A stretch of DNA of 61,911 nt from Octopus bimaculoides (lineage: Eukaryota). The position numbers were made by a program, and so were the translations under genes. Positions 12,346 to 26,811 of this stretch are shown one piece after another (position 1 is the first letter of the stretch; the number at the start of each line of letters is the position of its first letter). The DNA is taken from assembly GCF_001194135.2 (NCBI RefSeq), contig NC_068982.1, positions 103,686,830 through 103,748,740 on the forward strand, written 5' to 3'. A model generated the notes under the pieces. That model saw only the letters and a list, made by a program, of their open reading frames with translations, did not search any database and had not been told where the DNA came from.

Positions 12346-13025
12346 TTTTCTATGGATTTATTAAGTGTCATCAGTTTGATCAAGATAAATTTCTCGTATA
12401 ATAATGGGAAATATAAAGGAAGAGCAGCATTTGTGAGTGCCTGACAACTATGAGTTAGACTTTTATGTCTGATGAGTGATAAAAAAAATAAAAAAAGAAA
12501 ACGCCCCAAGGCTTATAAAAACTTGCTAGGAACTAATTTACAACAGTTGCAATAAGATTGCGACAATGACTAGGCCATAGGAATGCAACCGGAAACTTCT
12601 GACAAATCAAGAAACAAGCGAAAGTGATAATAACAGTTTTGTTGTGTTCATATATGACTAAAAAAATCTGCATATGCTGTAATTTAAATTGAAATTAATA
12701 TAAAATGAATATTTTTGCTTTTATTTTTCAAGCATGAATGTAAAGAAGGTATGGTTATGTAATTAAGTAGTTCGCTTTGCAATCACGCGGTTCTTGATTC
12801 GATACCTGTGTGTTATCTACGATAGTATCGAGTCTACCTTAGTGTTTGTGGAGATAACGGGTTAGGCAGGAACTATGGAAGTCTGGCGAATGACTTGTAA
12901 TTCAAAGTTCCAGCATTGTCATATATTTTAACACGGATTCTTTTCGGAAATTGCTAATTATGCTAATTATGTGAATGGCACAATTGTCAGGAGAATACAC
13001 AATCGCTTATACTATAATTCAACGA

Positions 13026-13333
13026 GTGCGGAGGCGCAATAGCCCATTGGTTAGGGCAGCGGACTCGCGGTCATAGGATCGCGGTTTCGATTCCCAGACC
13101 GGGCGTTGTGAGTGTTTATTGAGCGAAAACACCTAAAGCTCCACGGGGCTCCGGCAGGGGATGGTGGCGAACCCTGCTGTACTCTTTCACCACAACTTTC
13201 TCTCACTCTTTCTTCCTGTCTCTCTTGTACCTGTATTTCAAAGGGCCAGCCTTGTCACACTGTGCCACGCTGAATATCCCCGAGAACTACTTTAAGGGTA
13301 CACGTGTCTGTGGAGTGCTCAGCCACTTGCACG
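13026..13333 (+). mobile_element. tRNA-derived SINE family 1, 3' end lost in gap
   Basis: A-box TAGCCCATTGG, B-box GGTTTCGATTCC; body nearly identical to 35408-35801. Confidence 0.9.
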
Positions 13334-13695
13334 NNNNNNNNNNNNNNNNNNNNNNNNNNNNNNNNNNNNNNNNNNNNNNNNNNNNNNNNNNNNNNNNNNN
13401 NNNNNNNNNNNNNNNNNNNNNNNNNNNNNNNNNNNNNNNNNNNNNNNNNNNNNNNNNNNNNNNNNNNNNNNNNNNNNNNNNNNNNNNNNNNNNNNNNNNN
13501 NNNNNNNNNNNNNNNNNNNNNNNNNNNNNNNNNNNNNNNNNNNNNNNNNNNNNNNNNNNNNNNNNNNNNNNNNNNNNNNNNNNNNNNNNNNNNNNNNNNN
13601 NNNNNNNNNNNNNNNNNNNNNNNNNNNNNNNNNNNNNNNNNNNNNNNNNNNNNNNNNNNNNNNNNNNNNNNNNNNNNNNNATAGGATAAAAGATA

Positions 13696-13730
<35 letters not shown>

Positions 13731-14616
13731 TTTAGATATATATTTTGCCAATATGCAGCGACCTCGGAAACGATAATCTTTGCAATGAAATCTCTTTCGG
13801 TATTTGTTCATCACCAAGTTCGAGGTACCCCTCTACATGAAAACTGTTCTCAAAGACGACATTATTTACGCGCGCACGCGCGCGCGCACACACACACACA
13901 CGCACGCACGCATGCACGCACGCACGCACGCACGAACGCACACACACATACACACACAAAATGCGAAAGAAAATAAAAACAAGTGAAAACAGTCGACAGC
14001 CTCATGAAACTCTCCATATATTTTCAAAGAAATTAATTGAATTTCTGATTAAAACAATTATGGGTTGACCATAATTGATCAGGAGTGATTTGGGGTTAAG
14101 CAACATTCCCAAACAACAACATACCCTTGCATAAAATGATAAAAAGGAGATACGATATCTCTCAATAAAACTGATATATTAAATAAGATTGGCTAATTCA
14201 ACAAATTGGAAAATATAGAGTACATGACTCATATTTGATTAACTTCGATATTTTGAAAATTCTATAATATTGAACACATCGTTGATTATCTAATGAAATA
14301 AAAGTATAAAACTTTAATTATCAGAGCTTTGTGTGTTCTATATAAAAGTGCTATTCAACTGGCATGAATGTGTTGTACACTAGCAATGATTTTTTTTTTA
14401 AAGAACAAGAGGCTTTACATTGCCATTAAGGTAATGAATTTAATTACTCATGCTTCAATATGTATATTTAATTTCATTAATAAAATAAAAACATTCGAAG
14501 GTATTTTTAAAGAATAGTAATTTTTCTTTAATCTAAAATTAATACATCAGTCAGTTCACAGGAAGTTGTTTTGCTACGGAAGTGAAAGCATTGAATATGC
14601 CTAGTAATCTATCTAT

Positions 14617-14704
<88 letters not shown>

Positions 14705-15000
14705 ATAAAATTTAAAAAAACACTTCCAGCCTCGACTACTATTTTACTTTTATGCTGTTATGAATCGACACATCACACGCGCGCGCGCACGCACACACAC
14801 ACACACGTACACCGTTATACATTTGTACACATGTATGTAAACATAAATATACGCACACGCATATATATACATGTGTATAAATAAACCCCCAGTGAACCCT
14901 GTCGACACACTCGATAAGTGAAGGCAATACATCTGCACCAAAACGGGTTGCTATGAAATAAAAGGTCGTGTGAAAAAAAAATTCCTTCATCATCGTCGTT

Positions 15001-15035
<35 letters not shown>

Positions 15036-17051
15036 AAGAAAAACACTTCCTACATCAAATCGAATGAAAGGGTGAAAATTAGTTTTATTTGTTTATTTAT
15101 TTACTATTTCTTCCAGAATAACTGTGTGTGTTGATTCGCTATCCACAATCGACTCACAGGCGAATACGTTTCAATTCTTTTACACTATAATATTTCATTC
15201 TTACACTATAACATTTCATTCTTTCTGAAGTGTAGAAAATTTACGCTCTTATAAATAGGTGATTCCTATACCAAAAGAGGTAAAAGGTAGGCTGCTGGTA
15301 TGATGTATATGAGGCAAGGTTTCAGTTTCTGGTCGTAGCCATTTCTTTAATTAACTCTTGAGAAAAGCAGAAGCGTTGCACAGTCTACTGTCATGAATCG
15401 ATATTTTTAATTCCTGTATTTCACCCAAATACCATCTCCTCTCTCTCATACATACGCACGCATTCTCTCTCTCTTTCTCTCTCTCACACTCATATTCACA
15501 CCCTCTCTTCCTCTCTCTTTCACATACACACACCCTCTCTCTTTCTTTCTCATACATTCGTACCCACTTGCTACCATTGCGTTTTGGTACAATAAAAGTT
15601 AACTACATTTGTCAAGGACATGACGCAGAAGCAGAGAGATAGTATTAACTTTGGCCCTCAGATCAAAATATTAACGGCTCAACCAGATATGCTCCTCAGA
15701 ATACGATTTATTCTATCATGTGAAATCGACCAAGTCAAAAGTTGTACCAGCTTGTTTTCTAAATCGTGACCGCGATTTTATTTCCTGTGATTAACATGTC
15801 CTAGATATATAAATCTTAGGGTAGTCATGTCTTAGGTGTTTGATATTAACATAAGGATGTTCGGGTGTAAAGCATTTGTCGTATTGAATGATATACTCAA
15901 TGACATCTTTGGAATCTTTTTTCAACACATCCGCCCACTCGTGTCAATCTCTAATTCGTTTCACTTGAAAAGAACAATAAAGGTGTTGTAGATGTGAACA
16001 AATTTACTCTCTAGGGCGAGTCAAATCTCATCTTTCCACGTCAACTATTTTGTATCTGAAATCATAGCAGCACGGACGGAGAAAAACAAAACAAGAGACA
16101 GTTAATGCCTTCATTACCTGTAAACATTGTCAAGTTTTACTGCTTTCCTTCTTTGTCGTTCTCAAACGCTTATATTGATTTCTTACATAAGCATAGGTTA
16201 AGGAGAAGCGGAAGTGTGACCGTGAGACGTTCATAGATTTCTGAAGGTATCAATGAAGTAAGAATTGTCAAATTTTTCTAATCAGAAATTGGAACCCCGT
16301 GTCTTTACCCAATCACTAGATTTCGTGATTGTATACTAGAAGATACATTCGGATTTCTACAAAATTTTAAGGTGTGTTATATTTCGTTTGTAGGGTTAGT
16401 TTAGCCTATTAAAAGGGACGAATGACCGAATTTTGGTAGATAAGCTAAGCTGAATCTTGTTACCGGAAAAGTAGTATGTTGAGAGCTAACAGTGAAACTC
16501 ACTAACTGGTAATGGATGCTAGAAATCAAAGCTATAAGCAGCAATGCTGCTGTCGAAATGGCGAATACTGCCAGTACTTAACTTGCAGTACTGCGTTCAC
16601 CCTCGCCGCATGGTGACTAATTGTCAAAATCAGCGTTCTACAGAAGGAGAGATTTTCATTTTCTGTTTAAAAGTACGATAATAAAAGCTATAACCAATCC
16701 TATAAGTTCTTGGTATTAATCTTTTCATAGGTGATTGATTTGATGTGGCCATATCATTTCATTAAAAATAGAAGAATATCAAAACACAAACCACCAAATT
16801 CGTACTCTTTAAAACGTATGTTTTCTATCATCTACACCTATAGTTCGAATCAGTGCGGTGCTTTTATCAGGTCACTCGATCTGTAGCCATATTTTTAGAT
16901 AATGAAATCATACATTGCGCCTCTTTCGTGTAATCAACCGCAAAATTACGTACTTGTCACATGAAATCATTTACGGGTAATTGCGTTACAAAAGGAGTGG
17001 TACCCATACAATTGTATCTTGTAAGAGCGATGTGCTAAACATACATACAAG

Positions 17052-17083
<32 letters not shown>

Positions 17084-17243
17084 TGCACACACTTATATTT
17101 ATATATATACACATATATACATTCAGATATATATACGGCACCATATAACAAAACCATTCGCACCGAAAACACATACAAGTTTGTTTGCAAAAAAACAACT
17201 ACAAACTAATATAGTTCTTAAATTTGACAGAAAAGGGAGGCTA

Positions 17244-17310
17244 ATTCGTTGGTGTAATGGTAACACAGTCGTATTAGCAAAGGGATGTGGTTTCGAGTCC
17301 CACGCGGATG
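17244..17310 (+). pseudogene. tRNA-like pseudogene or solitary SINE head
   Basis: D-stem GTGT/ACAC around AATGGTA; T-arm GTGGT-TTCGAGT-CCCAC; partial acceptor stem ATTCG/CGGAT. The anticodon arm does not pair. Confidence 0.5.
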
Positions 17311-17461
17311 GGAAGCATAATTTTTTTCTGTTGAGGGCTTATATGCTCTATTATTAGACTATCTTCCTTAGTCATTGCACGGTGATCGCTATAAGATTTA
17401 AGCTTAAATAGATACTGCATGACCGCAGCCACTTGGCTGAAACCCATAAATAAATAAATAA

Positions 17462-17498
<37 letters not shown>

Positions 17499-18711
17499 NN
17501 NNNNNNNNNNNNNNNNNNNNNNNNNNNNNNNNNNNNNNNNNNNNNNNNNNNNNNNNNNNNNNNNNNNNNNNNNNNNNNNNNNNNNNNNNNNNNNNNNNNN
17601 NNNNNNNNNNNNNNNNNNNNNNNNNNNNNNNNNNNNNNNNNNNNNNNNNNNNNNNNNNNNNNNNNNNNNNNNNNNNNNNNNNNNNNNNNNNNNNNNNNNN
17701 NNNNNNNNNNNNNNNNNNNNNNNNNNNNNNNNNNNNNNNNNNNNNNNNNNNNNNNNNNNNNNNNNNNNNNNNNNNNNNNNNNNNNNNNNNNNNNNNNNNN
17801 NNNNNNNNNNNNNNNNNNNNNNNNNNNNNNNNNNNNNNNNNNNNNNNNNNNNNNNNNNNNNNNNNNNNNNNNNNNNNNNNNNNNNNNNNNNNNNNNNNNN
17901 NNNNNNNNNNNNNNNNNNNNNNNNNNNNNNNNNNNNNNNNNNNNNNNNNNNNNNNNNNNNNNNNNNNNNNNNNNNNNNNNNNNNNNNNNNNNNNNNNNNN
18001 NNNNNNNNNNNNNNNNNNNNNNNNNNNNNNNNNNNNNNNNNNNNNNNNNNNNNNNNNNNNNNNNNNNNNNNNNNNNNNNNNNNNNNNNNNNNNNNNNNNN
18101 NNNNNNNNNNNNNNNNNNNNNNNNNNNNNNNNNNNNNNNNNNNNNNNNNNNNNNNNNNNNNNNNNNNNNNNNNNNNNNNNNNNNNNNNNNNNNNNNNNNN
18201 NNNNNNNNNNNNNNNNNNNNNNNNNNNNNNNNNNNNNNNNNNNNNNNNNNNNNNNNNNNNNNNNNNNNNNNNNTATATATATATATATATCTGAGACCAA
18301 CTTTGATTTTCGTCTTTTTGATGACAATAATTAAACTATCACTCCAGGGTAGTGGTTTGGCGTAACTGTCAGAACGCCAAACGAGATGTCGTGCAATATC
18401 TTCGTGTTCTCATTTCAAGCTCGCTAGTTAACTAGGGCCCTTATCAATAGTAAGGTTACTATTGCAAGCATCGAATTCCCCACCCGTCACCCCCCAAAAA
18501 AAAAGAAAAAGAAAAAGAAAAGAAAACGGCCTCTGAAACTAATGAAGTCATAAAACTAATGTGGCGTGAGTGTATAATCGCCTAATTCATTCGGAGGGTG
18601 TGGTAAATTTTTTTTATATAATATAATATAATATAGTATAATATATGTGTGTGCATATGCATGTGTATTTACGTATGTATATGTGTGTGTCTCTCTATAT
18701 ATATATGTGCA

Positions 18712-18917
18712 TATATACATATGTATATGTACATACATCTATACGTATATATATGCATATGTGGGCACAGCACAGGACGTCACGAAACATATATGTATAT
18801 ATGTAAATATATATGTATATACGTAACGTCATGTACCCAGATATGCATCTATATATACATATAGATGAAGGTATGTACATACATGTACATATATATGCAT
18901 ATACTCATATATTATTT
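18712..18917. repeat. Imperfect inverted pair of fragments related to the 41-kb terminal repeat
   Basis: 18825-18917 is the reverse complement of about 41054-41146 (5 mismatches in 93 nt). 18712-18786 is a more diverged copy in the opposite orientation. Confidence 0.7.
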
Positions 18918-19287
18918 GTGTATATATATATATATATATGTTGTACTTGGGGATGGTCATATTGCCAGTTTAGCCAATAAAAACACACGCACTGTATATT
19001 TGGTGTTAATTTGCTTCAGCTTTATATTACATTAATCTNNNNNNNNNNNNNNNNNNNNNNNNNNNNNNNNNNNNNNNNNNNNNNNNNNNNNNNNNNNNNN
19101 NNNNNNNNNNNNNNNNNNNNNNNNNNNNNNNNNNNNNNNNNNNNNNNNNNNNNNNNNNNNNNNNNNNNNNNNNNNNNNNNNNNNNNNNNNNNNNNNNNNN
19201 NNNNNNNNNNNNNNNNNNNNNNNNNNNNNNNNNNNNNNNNNNNNNNNNNNNNNNNNNNNNNNNNNNNNNNNNNNNNNNNNNNNNNNN

Positions 19288-19362
<75 letters not shown>

Positions 19363-19679
19363 CATACACATACACACACATATATATTTACACACCTATA
19401 TATATAATATACTTACATACATATGTACAAATGTATATATACAGGTTTGATGATGCAAACAGGAAAAATAGAACTAAAAAAATATGACCAAGAGTAAATA
19501 TTGAAAGAACCTTGAATTGACCCCAACGTGTAGAATATTTATAAAACAGACATATGCACAAATGCAGTAAATGCAGTAAACATAATTTCATTGGCTATAC
19601 ATTGTGCCATATTTATGGCCAGATATTCTTTAAGAATCAAAGAAGGAAGCATGTCGTAACACGAGACAATGAGTTCATC

Positions 19680-20125
19680 ATATTCGGGAGAATCAGAGGG
19701 ATTGCAATTTATGTCGTCACAAATCTGCTTGATATAATTCTTGGTTTGTGACCCTGTGTTAGTTCTTCCTTGTGTCGGCTCTCATAAAAGAACTTCACTA
19801 ACAATTTCGTCTTTAGCTCTCCAGCAATACGATGCCAATCTGACTCTACGTTCTTTGATGATGTCTGATACTGGACGAAGGTTCCCATACAATCGCTCTC
19901 TAAATAACGTTTAAAGCCATGCGAGCGTATTCTCCGCCTAATCTTCTTTCCAGTTTTGAGGTAAAGGTCCTTTACCTCAAAACTGAGCAGCCATACAACA
20001 GAGCATGCTGAGCAGTCATAGAATAGAACAGAGGTAACAATTGCTTGAAAGCGGTTCCTTTTCATGTCTGGAAGTCCCGATTTCCACCTAGAGATAATTT
20101 GTCGGCGGCATCCCAGGCTTTAACA
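19680..20125 (-). mobile_element. RTE-clade LINE fragment (post-RT C-terminal region), frameshifted
   Basis: KAWDAADKL..WKSGLPDMKRNRFQAIVTSVLFY, then ERLYGNLRPVSDIIKERRVRLASYCWRAKDEIVSEVLL.EPTQG...NYIKQICDD. Confidence 0.8.
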
Positions 20126-20972
20126 TTGTGTGTCTTTACATCGCTTTCGCAGCTAGAGATTTTATTACGCAGATAAATAAAATGAGTAGTACTATGTGTG
20201 GATTCAAAGAATCGTACGACTATTACAGTACGCTCCTCTTATGGACTCAGCTATCAGCCCACGTAATAATCAATTACAACGTAGTGTATCGTCAAATATC
20301 TGTATGAATGAAAATCCAAAAAAATTCGAACGATAAAATTATTCAGTAAGGAGTCTATTAAAGCATAAAGCTTAGAGGTATGTGAGTTGAACATATTTTT
20401 ATTTATTCAGCAAGGTGTCTTTCATTGGGTTACAGCCGTTTCCAAACCGTCTCCATATAGTATTGATTTCAGTATGCAACAAATTATGCGTAAATGTATG
20501 CATTAATATGTATGCTAACCTTGATGCTCCGGTGATCTAATGAACAGCTTTCTTTATTTGCATTAATTTGTGAACATACAATTGTAATAGTCGTACGATT
20601 CTTTGAATCCATATATACTACTACTCATTTTATTTATCTAGGTAGTAAAATCTCTAGATGTGAAATCGATATAAACACACGCATTGGTAAAGCCTGTATG
20701 ATGTTGAGCGTACATATTAATGCAAATATGTACGGATAATTTCTTGCATGTAGAAATTAAATCTATATGAAGAAGGCTGCCAAACGACCGTAATCCTATG
20801 AAAGTCCCTTGTTTATATATATAGGTAAATGATAGGATTGCTTCAATTTTTCAGGGGTAGTCTGAAGTATCCAAGCAGCCAGGGGATGTTTAAATCCGGA
20901 GGCACTCCTGGGAATTACTTGTGTGGGTACCGTCTTAGTTAGAGGGTATCCAGAGGCAGGTAATTTATTGTT

Positions 20973-21031
<59 letters not shown>

Positions 21032-21150
21032 ATGTATGTATATATTTATACACACACATATAGTTACATACATATGTGTGTGTGTATAAATATGAATATA
21101 TATGTATACATATATATATATATATATATTCATATTTACGCACACACACG

Positions 21151-21184
<34 letters not shown>

Positions 21185-21253
21185 CATGTATACACGCACA
21201 CATATACATACTTATATGTGTGTGCGTGTACTTGTTATATGTATATATAAATA

Positions 21254-21334
<81 letters not shown>

Positions 21335-22596
21335 GTATGCATGTGTGTGTATATATATGTGTGAGTGAGTGAATGTCTGTATGTGTTTGTGTATATGTGT
21401 GTGCATGTGAAGGAGACCTATAAAAGTGCCATCTATAAAAGATATCTGGGTCGTTTAGTAAAGAGGCAATGAGGTCTGGCAGATAATGTGGCTCTCTACA
21501 CATTGGCACTGGCTGGATGCTGGCTACGTTTTAGGTGCAATGTGTACGCGGGGGGAACCGGCGATTGGGTTCAATTTGCAGATGTTGAACATATAAAAAT
21601 AGAAATGTACCTGGTACAATACTGAAGTCTCACTGGGGAGGTATAAAAAATTTGCTGAGAAACACGACAAATGCAATATGTATGAAATGTAATATATGTA
21701 TGCATGTGTGTGTGTATGTGTGTATGTATGTATGTATGTATGTATGTATGTATGTATGTGTGTGCGTGTGTTTGTATGTATGTGTGTGCGTGTGTTTGTA
21801 TGTATGAATGTAAGTTTGTGTTTGTATGTATTCTCTGGGGATGAGTGAATGAATGAAAGGAGAAAGGAAGTAAGTAAGGAACAGAGGCAGAATGAGTAAA
21901 ATGGTCATTTGATGGGAATATCGTTTGCAATTTTATCGTAGGTACAGTCGCAGGGTTCAGTTTATGCTCATATTTACTGAGATTGGAGATGCACTAAGTC
22001 GATCTCATTCAGTCATATTTGAATGCAAAATTCTATGTTCGACAATCCCAGAAAGGAAATAATCTGAAAGCATAAATAAGCACATATTACTTTTATTAGG
22101 TTCAATAAACATTTATTGTAAGGAATGAACGAACCAACCGACCCCACTTCCGTATATTACTCGAGCAGGAGCTTCTAACACGTCCTGTTAGAAATAATAG
22201 CCACATCCCTTACTCATACTGTATTATTTTAAAAATATGGCATTCGGTAATATGGTTTCATATTTGTGGAAAGAGTGGCCACGGCTGGAGCACAATTTGT
22301 CATTAGACAGCACGATCATCCATTCAGAATAATCATCAAAGGTCTACAATGAATATGTATTGTTATTCAAAGAACATCAACAATCAAAAAATGTATAAAA
22401 GGATTCGCAATTTTATTTGTTCTATACTTACCAGTATTGTTTCAATTATAGCATATGCTTTGCTGCATCAGACCAGTATCTGAGACACCATACATATTAC
22501 CTGATGTTAATCTCTGTAACCACAACATCTAATTACTTCAACACATCTAAACCTGAAAGTTATATGCCTCACCGATTATTCAATAGTGTGCAGATT

Positions 22597-22978
22597 GTTG
22601 TTGGCACTCCGTCGCTTACGATGTCGAGGGTTCCAGTTGATCCGATCAATGGAACAGCCTGCTCGTGAAATTAACGTGCCAGTGGCTGAGCACTCCACAG
22701 ACACGTATACCCTTAACGTAGTTCTCAGGGATATTCAGCGTGACACAGTGTGACAAGGCTTACCCTTTGAATTACAGGCACAACAGAAACAGGAAGTAAG
22801 AGTGAGAGAAAGTTGTGGTGAAAGAGTACAGCAGGGTTCGCCACCATCCCATGCCGGAACCTCGTGGAGCTTTAGGTGTTTTCGCTCAATAAACACTCAC
22901 AACGCCCGGTCTGGGAATCGAAACTGCGATCCTATGACCGCGAGTCCGCTGCCCTAACCACTGGGCCATTGCGCCTCC
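22597..22978 (-). mobile_element. SINE family 1, full length with 12-bp TSD
   Basis: TSD AGTGTGCAGATT at 22585-22596 and 22979-22990; tRNA head; (CAA)n tail. Confidence 0.95.
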
Positions 22979-23234
22979 AGTGTGCAGATTAATTAGTTAA
23001 GTAATGGTTTCAATTAAACATATATCTGCCTATATCATTTCATTTCTGTTGATTTATGCAGTTAATTACAGATGTAGAGACGAGATGTAGATTATCAGTG
23101 CATATATCTTTAGTTCCAATCCAATCCAATCCCATCTATGAGTTTTGTCTTTCCTGTACAAGACAACTTATTGTACATTGCGAATTCACAAAGTTTCTGG
23201 AAATCTATTATCATTTATCTTTTCTTTGTTTCAG

Positions 23235-23496
23235 TCATTAAAATTTTTAATCGAATGAACCGACCCCAGCACTTTTTTTAAAGCCTGATGCATATTCTAT
23301 TTTTGTCGAACCGGTAAGTTACGGGGACATAAACGCACCAACACCGGTTCTCAAGCGGTGATGGGGGACAAACACTTTGATGGGATAATGAAATAAATAG
23401 ATGCTTCCCAACCAAATGGGTGAGTGTCTTCTACTATAGTGTTGGGCTGACCAGTGCCTTGTGAGTCGATTTGGAAGACGGAAACTGAAAGAAGCT

Positions 23497-23500
<4 letters not shown>
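23235..23500. mobile_element. SINE family 3 fragments in opposite orientations
   Basis: About 23235-23385 is the reverse complement of the 3' half of 33305-33700. About 23415-23500 matches its middle part on the plus strand. Confidence 0.65.
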
Positions 23501-23541
<41 letters not shown>

Positions 23542-24532
23542 NNNNNNNNNNNNNNNNNNNNNNNNNNNNNNNNNNNNNNNNNNNNNNNNNNNNNNNNNNN
23601 NNNNNNNNNNNNNNNNNNNNNNNNNNNNNNNNNNNNNNNNNNNNNNNNNNNNNNNNNNNNNNNNNNNNNNNNNNNNNNNNNNNNNNNNNNNNNNNNNNNN
23701 NNNNNNNNNNNNNNNNNNNNNNNNNNNNNNNNNNNNNNNNNNNNNNNNNNNNNNNNNNNNNNNNNNNNNNNNNNNNNNNNNNNNNNNNNNNNNNNNNNNN
23801 NNNNNNNNNNNNNNNNNNNNNNNNNNNNNNNNNNNNNNNNNNNNNNNNNNNNNNNNNNNNNNNNNNNNNNNNNNNNNNNNNNNNNNNNNNNNNNNNNNNN
23901 NNNNNNNNNNNNNNNNNNNNNNNNNNNNNNNNNNNNNNNNNNNNNNNNNNNNNNNNNNNNNNNNNNNNNNNNNNNNNNNNNNNNNNNNNNNNNNNNNNNN
24001 NNNNNNNNNNNNNNNNNNNNNNNNNNNNNNNNNNNNNNNNNNNNNNNNNNNNNNNNNNNNNNNNNNNNNNNNNNNNNNNNNNNNNNNNNNNNNNNNNNNN
24101 NNNNNNNNNNNAGAGGTGGGGGAGATGGGGGATTCTGACAGAAAGGAGGGAGAGAATGAAGTTGCTTACCTTGTTTAACAAGTGAAAAGATCGCCCCCCC
24201 ACCACCACCACCACCAATCCACGAAAAAGAAAAAAAAAAAAAACGTGGGGAAAATCAACAAAGGATAAATGCAAGATTGACAAAACGTCTTAGAAGTCGG
24301 TGTGAAAATGTAATTCAAAACGGTAAAATAGTTTAAAAAGAAACTGTCAATCTGTTTTTCAGTCTATATCAGACTCTCTCTCTCTCTTTCTCTTTCTCCT
24401 CTCCCTCTCTCTCTCACTGAGTTTTATTACCCACATATATACTCACCAATACAACCCCCTCAGACACACAGGCATCTTATTTTATACAGGCATGCACAAA
24501 ACATACATACGCTTAAATGTATAACTTATATT

Positions 24533-24570
<38 letters not shown>

Positions 24571-24588
24571 TGTATGTGTGTGTGTATG

Positions 24589-24619
<31 letters not shown>

Positions 24620-25108
24620 GTCTGTGCATACATGCATACATGCATGTGTATGTATGTAGTGTTAAATACATCGTTGCATCAAATAAAAACTGAAATTGCA
24701 AAAAAAAAAAAAATCGAAAAAAATAAAAATAAAGACAAAAAAAAAACAATAACAGCAAAAATATAAAAAAACTAAAAAAAAAAAGGTATCCGGCGATAAT
24801 ATTTCATCATAGCAACTTCGCCCTGACAAACAACACTATGTGGATATATATATAGGCTTTTCTTTATATTTGATCAACTACCACATGGAGTTTAGTATGA
24901 GTGTTGTTCAGGTGGGATGTCTGAGCGTGAGATCTTAAAAAAACAAACGCAAAAACATGGTGGGAGTGTGTGGTAGAGTAGGAGAAACCTGCGCATGCGT
25001 AACTGGAATATTGAAGTTTGTAGCCGTTTTTGTTGTCAATCGCGTTTGGTGTTTTGATATAGTTGCAGTCATTCTTGTGGTTTTTGTAGTAACTATTGTT
25101 GATGTAGT

Positions 25109-25494
25109 GGAAGCGCAATGGCCCAGTGGTTAGGGCAGCGGACTCGCGGTCGTAGGATTGCGGTTTCGATTTCCAGATCGGGTGTTGTGAGTGTTTATTG
25201 AGCGAAAACACCTATAACTCCACGAGGCTCCAGCAGGGGGTGGTGGCGAACCCTGCTGTACTCTTTCACCACAACTTTCTCTCACTCTTTCTTCCTGTTT
25301 CTGTTGTACCTGTAATTCAAAGGGTCAGCCTTGTCACACTGTGTCACGCTGAATATCTCCGAGAACTACTTTAAGGATACACGTGTCTTTGGAGTGCTCA
25401 GCCACTTGCACGTTAATTTCACGAGCAGGCTGTTCCGTTGATCGGATCAACTGGAACCCTCGACGTCGTAAGCGACGGAGTGCCAACAACAACA
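25109..25494 (+). mobile_element. SINE family 1, full length with TSD
   Basis: TSD TTGATGTAGT at 25099-25108 and 25499-25508; (AAC)n tail. Confidence 0.95.
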
Positions 25495-26422
25495 ATTATT
25501 GATGTAGTAGTAGCAGTAGGAGTAATAACTGTTGTTGTTTTTGTCACTGTTGCTCATTAAAAATAAATAAGTAAATAATTACATAAATAAAAAAGGGGAA
25601 GTGTATAACCATAGTATACCTGTTTGCCAAAGCACTCCTTTAATGTGATTTAGATTTTTATATCGCCAATCAAACTAAACCGGAAAAACTTGTTAAAAAG
25701 AAGCTGAAGAAACACGTATCAACGTTCAACCTGCCAAAAGATTGCCCTAAAATCGGTCCTACATTCTTTAAAAAAAAATGATTTGATGGTCACAATTGAT
25801 TGAATGCTTTTGCTCCAGAGCTAAACTAGAACTTAAAAAAAAAAGAACAAAACAAAACAAAACAATAGATCAATGAAAAAGCTTCTAAGCGATCGCTAAA
25901 CTTGCTAAAAGAAGCATCGAAATCTGTCTGAAATCACACTTTACCGTCTTAAAAATCGAAAGATATTTTGGATCACATAGTCCTAAATACATATTATGCT
26001 TGAAGCAGATGAATTGGTCGCGACTGGAGGACTTTGATGACAGTTTGCTCGTTAGACCCAAACCGTGTATAAATGAAAGAAAAATAAACGATTATCGGTC
26101 ATTTTTGTGAATGTCGTTGTTGTGGTGGATAGTGGTTCCTTTTATACTATAAGTTATACTATAAGTCAGAAAGAGCGTGGTCATGGAACCAGTTGATGTC
26201 CGTATGTAACGCACTATTTATGTTATAAATGGGCTCAGACTAGCGGTATTCAAGACTCATTAAAACAACGCACAAAATGAATTTTGATATGTTGGGACGT
26301 CATTTTATGTTTTACGTTCAAACCTCGACCGCGTCGGGTCTACGTTGCTGTTAACCTTTACAAGGTCAATGAAATAAAGTACTAGTTACGTTCGTTTTAG
26401 GGGTCAATATAATCAGCTATAA

Positions 26423-26622
26423 AAGCGGCGAGCTAGCAGAATCATTAGCACGCCGGGTAAAATTCTTAGCGGCATATCGTCCGTCTTATTGTTCTGACTT
26501 CAAATTCCGTCGAGATCGACTTTGCCTTTCATTCTTTCGAGGTCGATAAAATAAGTACCCAGTTGAACACTGGGGCCTATGTAATCGACTTACTCCTTCC
26601 TCTTGTGCCAAAATTTGAAATC
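26423..26622 (+). mobile_element. tRNA-derived SINE family 2 (central domain resembles the Meta domain)
   Basis: Head GCGGCGAGCTAGCAGAATC...TTCAAATTCC; core TTTGCCTTTCATTCTTTCGAGGTCGATAAAATAAGTACC. The Meta-domain assignment is from memory. Confidence 0.8.
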
Positions 26623-26811
26623 AGTATAATCGACTATACTTTCCCTAAATATGTTAATGTTTGAAATCAACATTATACACTCTTACTTCTTGAGTTCAAA
26701 TCCGGGCGGTGCTGACTTTACCTTTCGACTCGTTAATACACTGCGTCAGTTTAACCAACTATAGTCTTTTCCTTAGTGTGTGGTCGTGTGCCGAAATGAG
26801 GAAACTATATT

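Noticed and set aside
12466-12500. Other CTGANGA words (about 12468, 50123, 56498)
   Set aside because: No correctly placed stem II, GAAA and NUH.
20855-20959. 105-nt segment with a good acceptor and CAG|GTAATT donor
   Set aside because: Stops in all three frames; no support as a coding exon.
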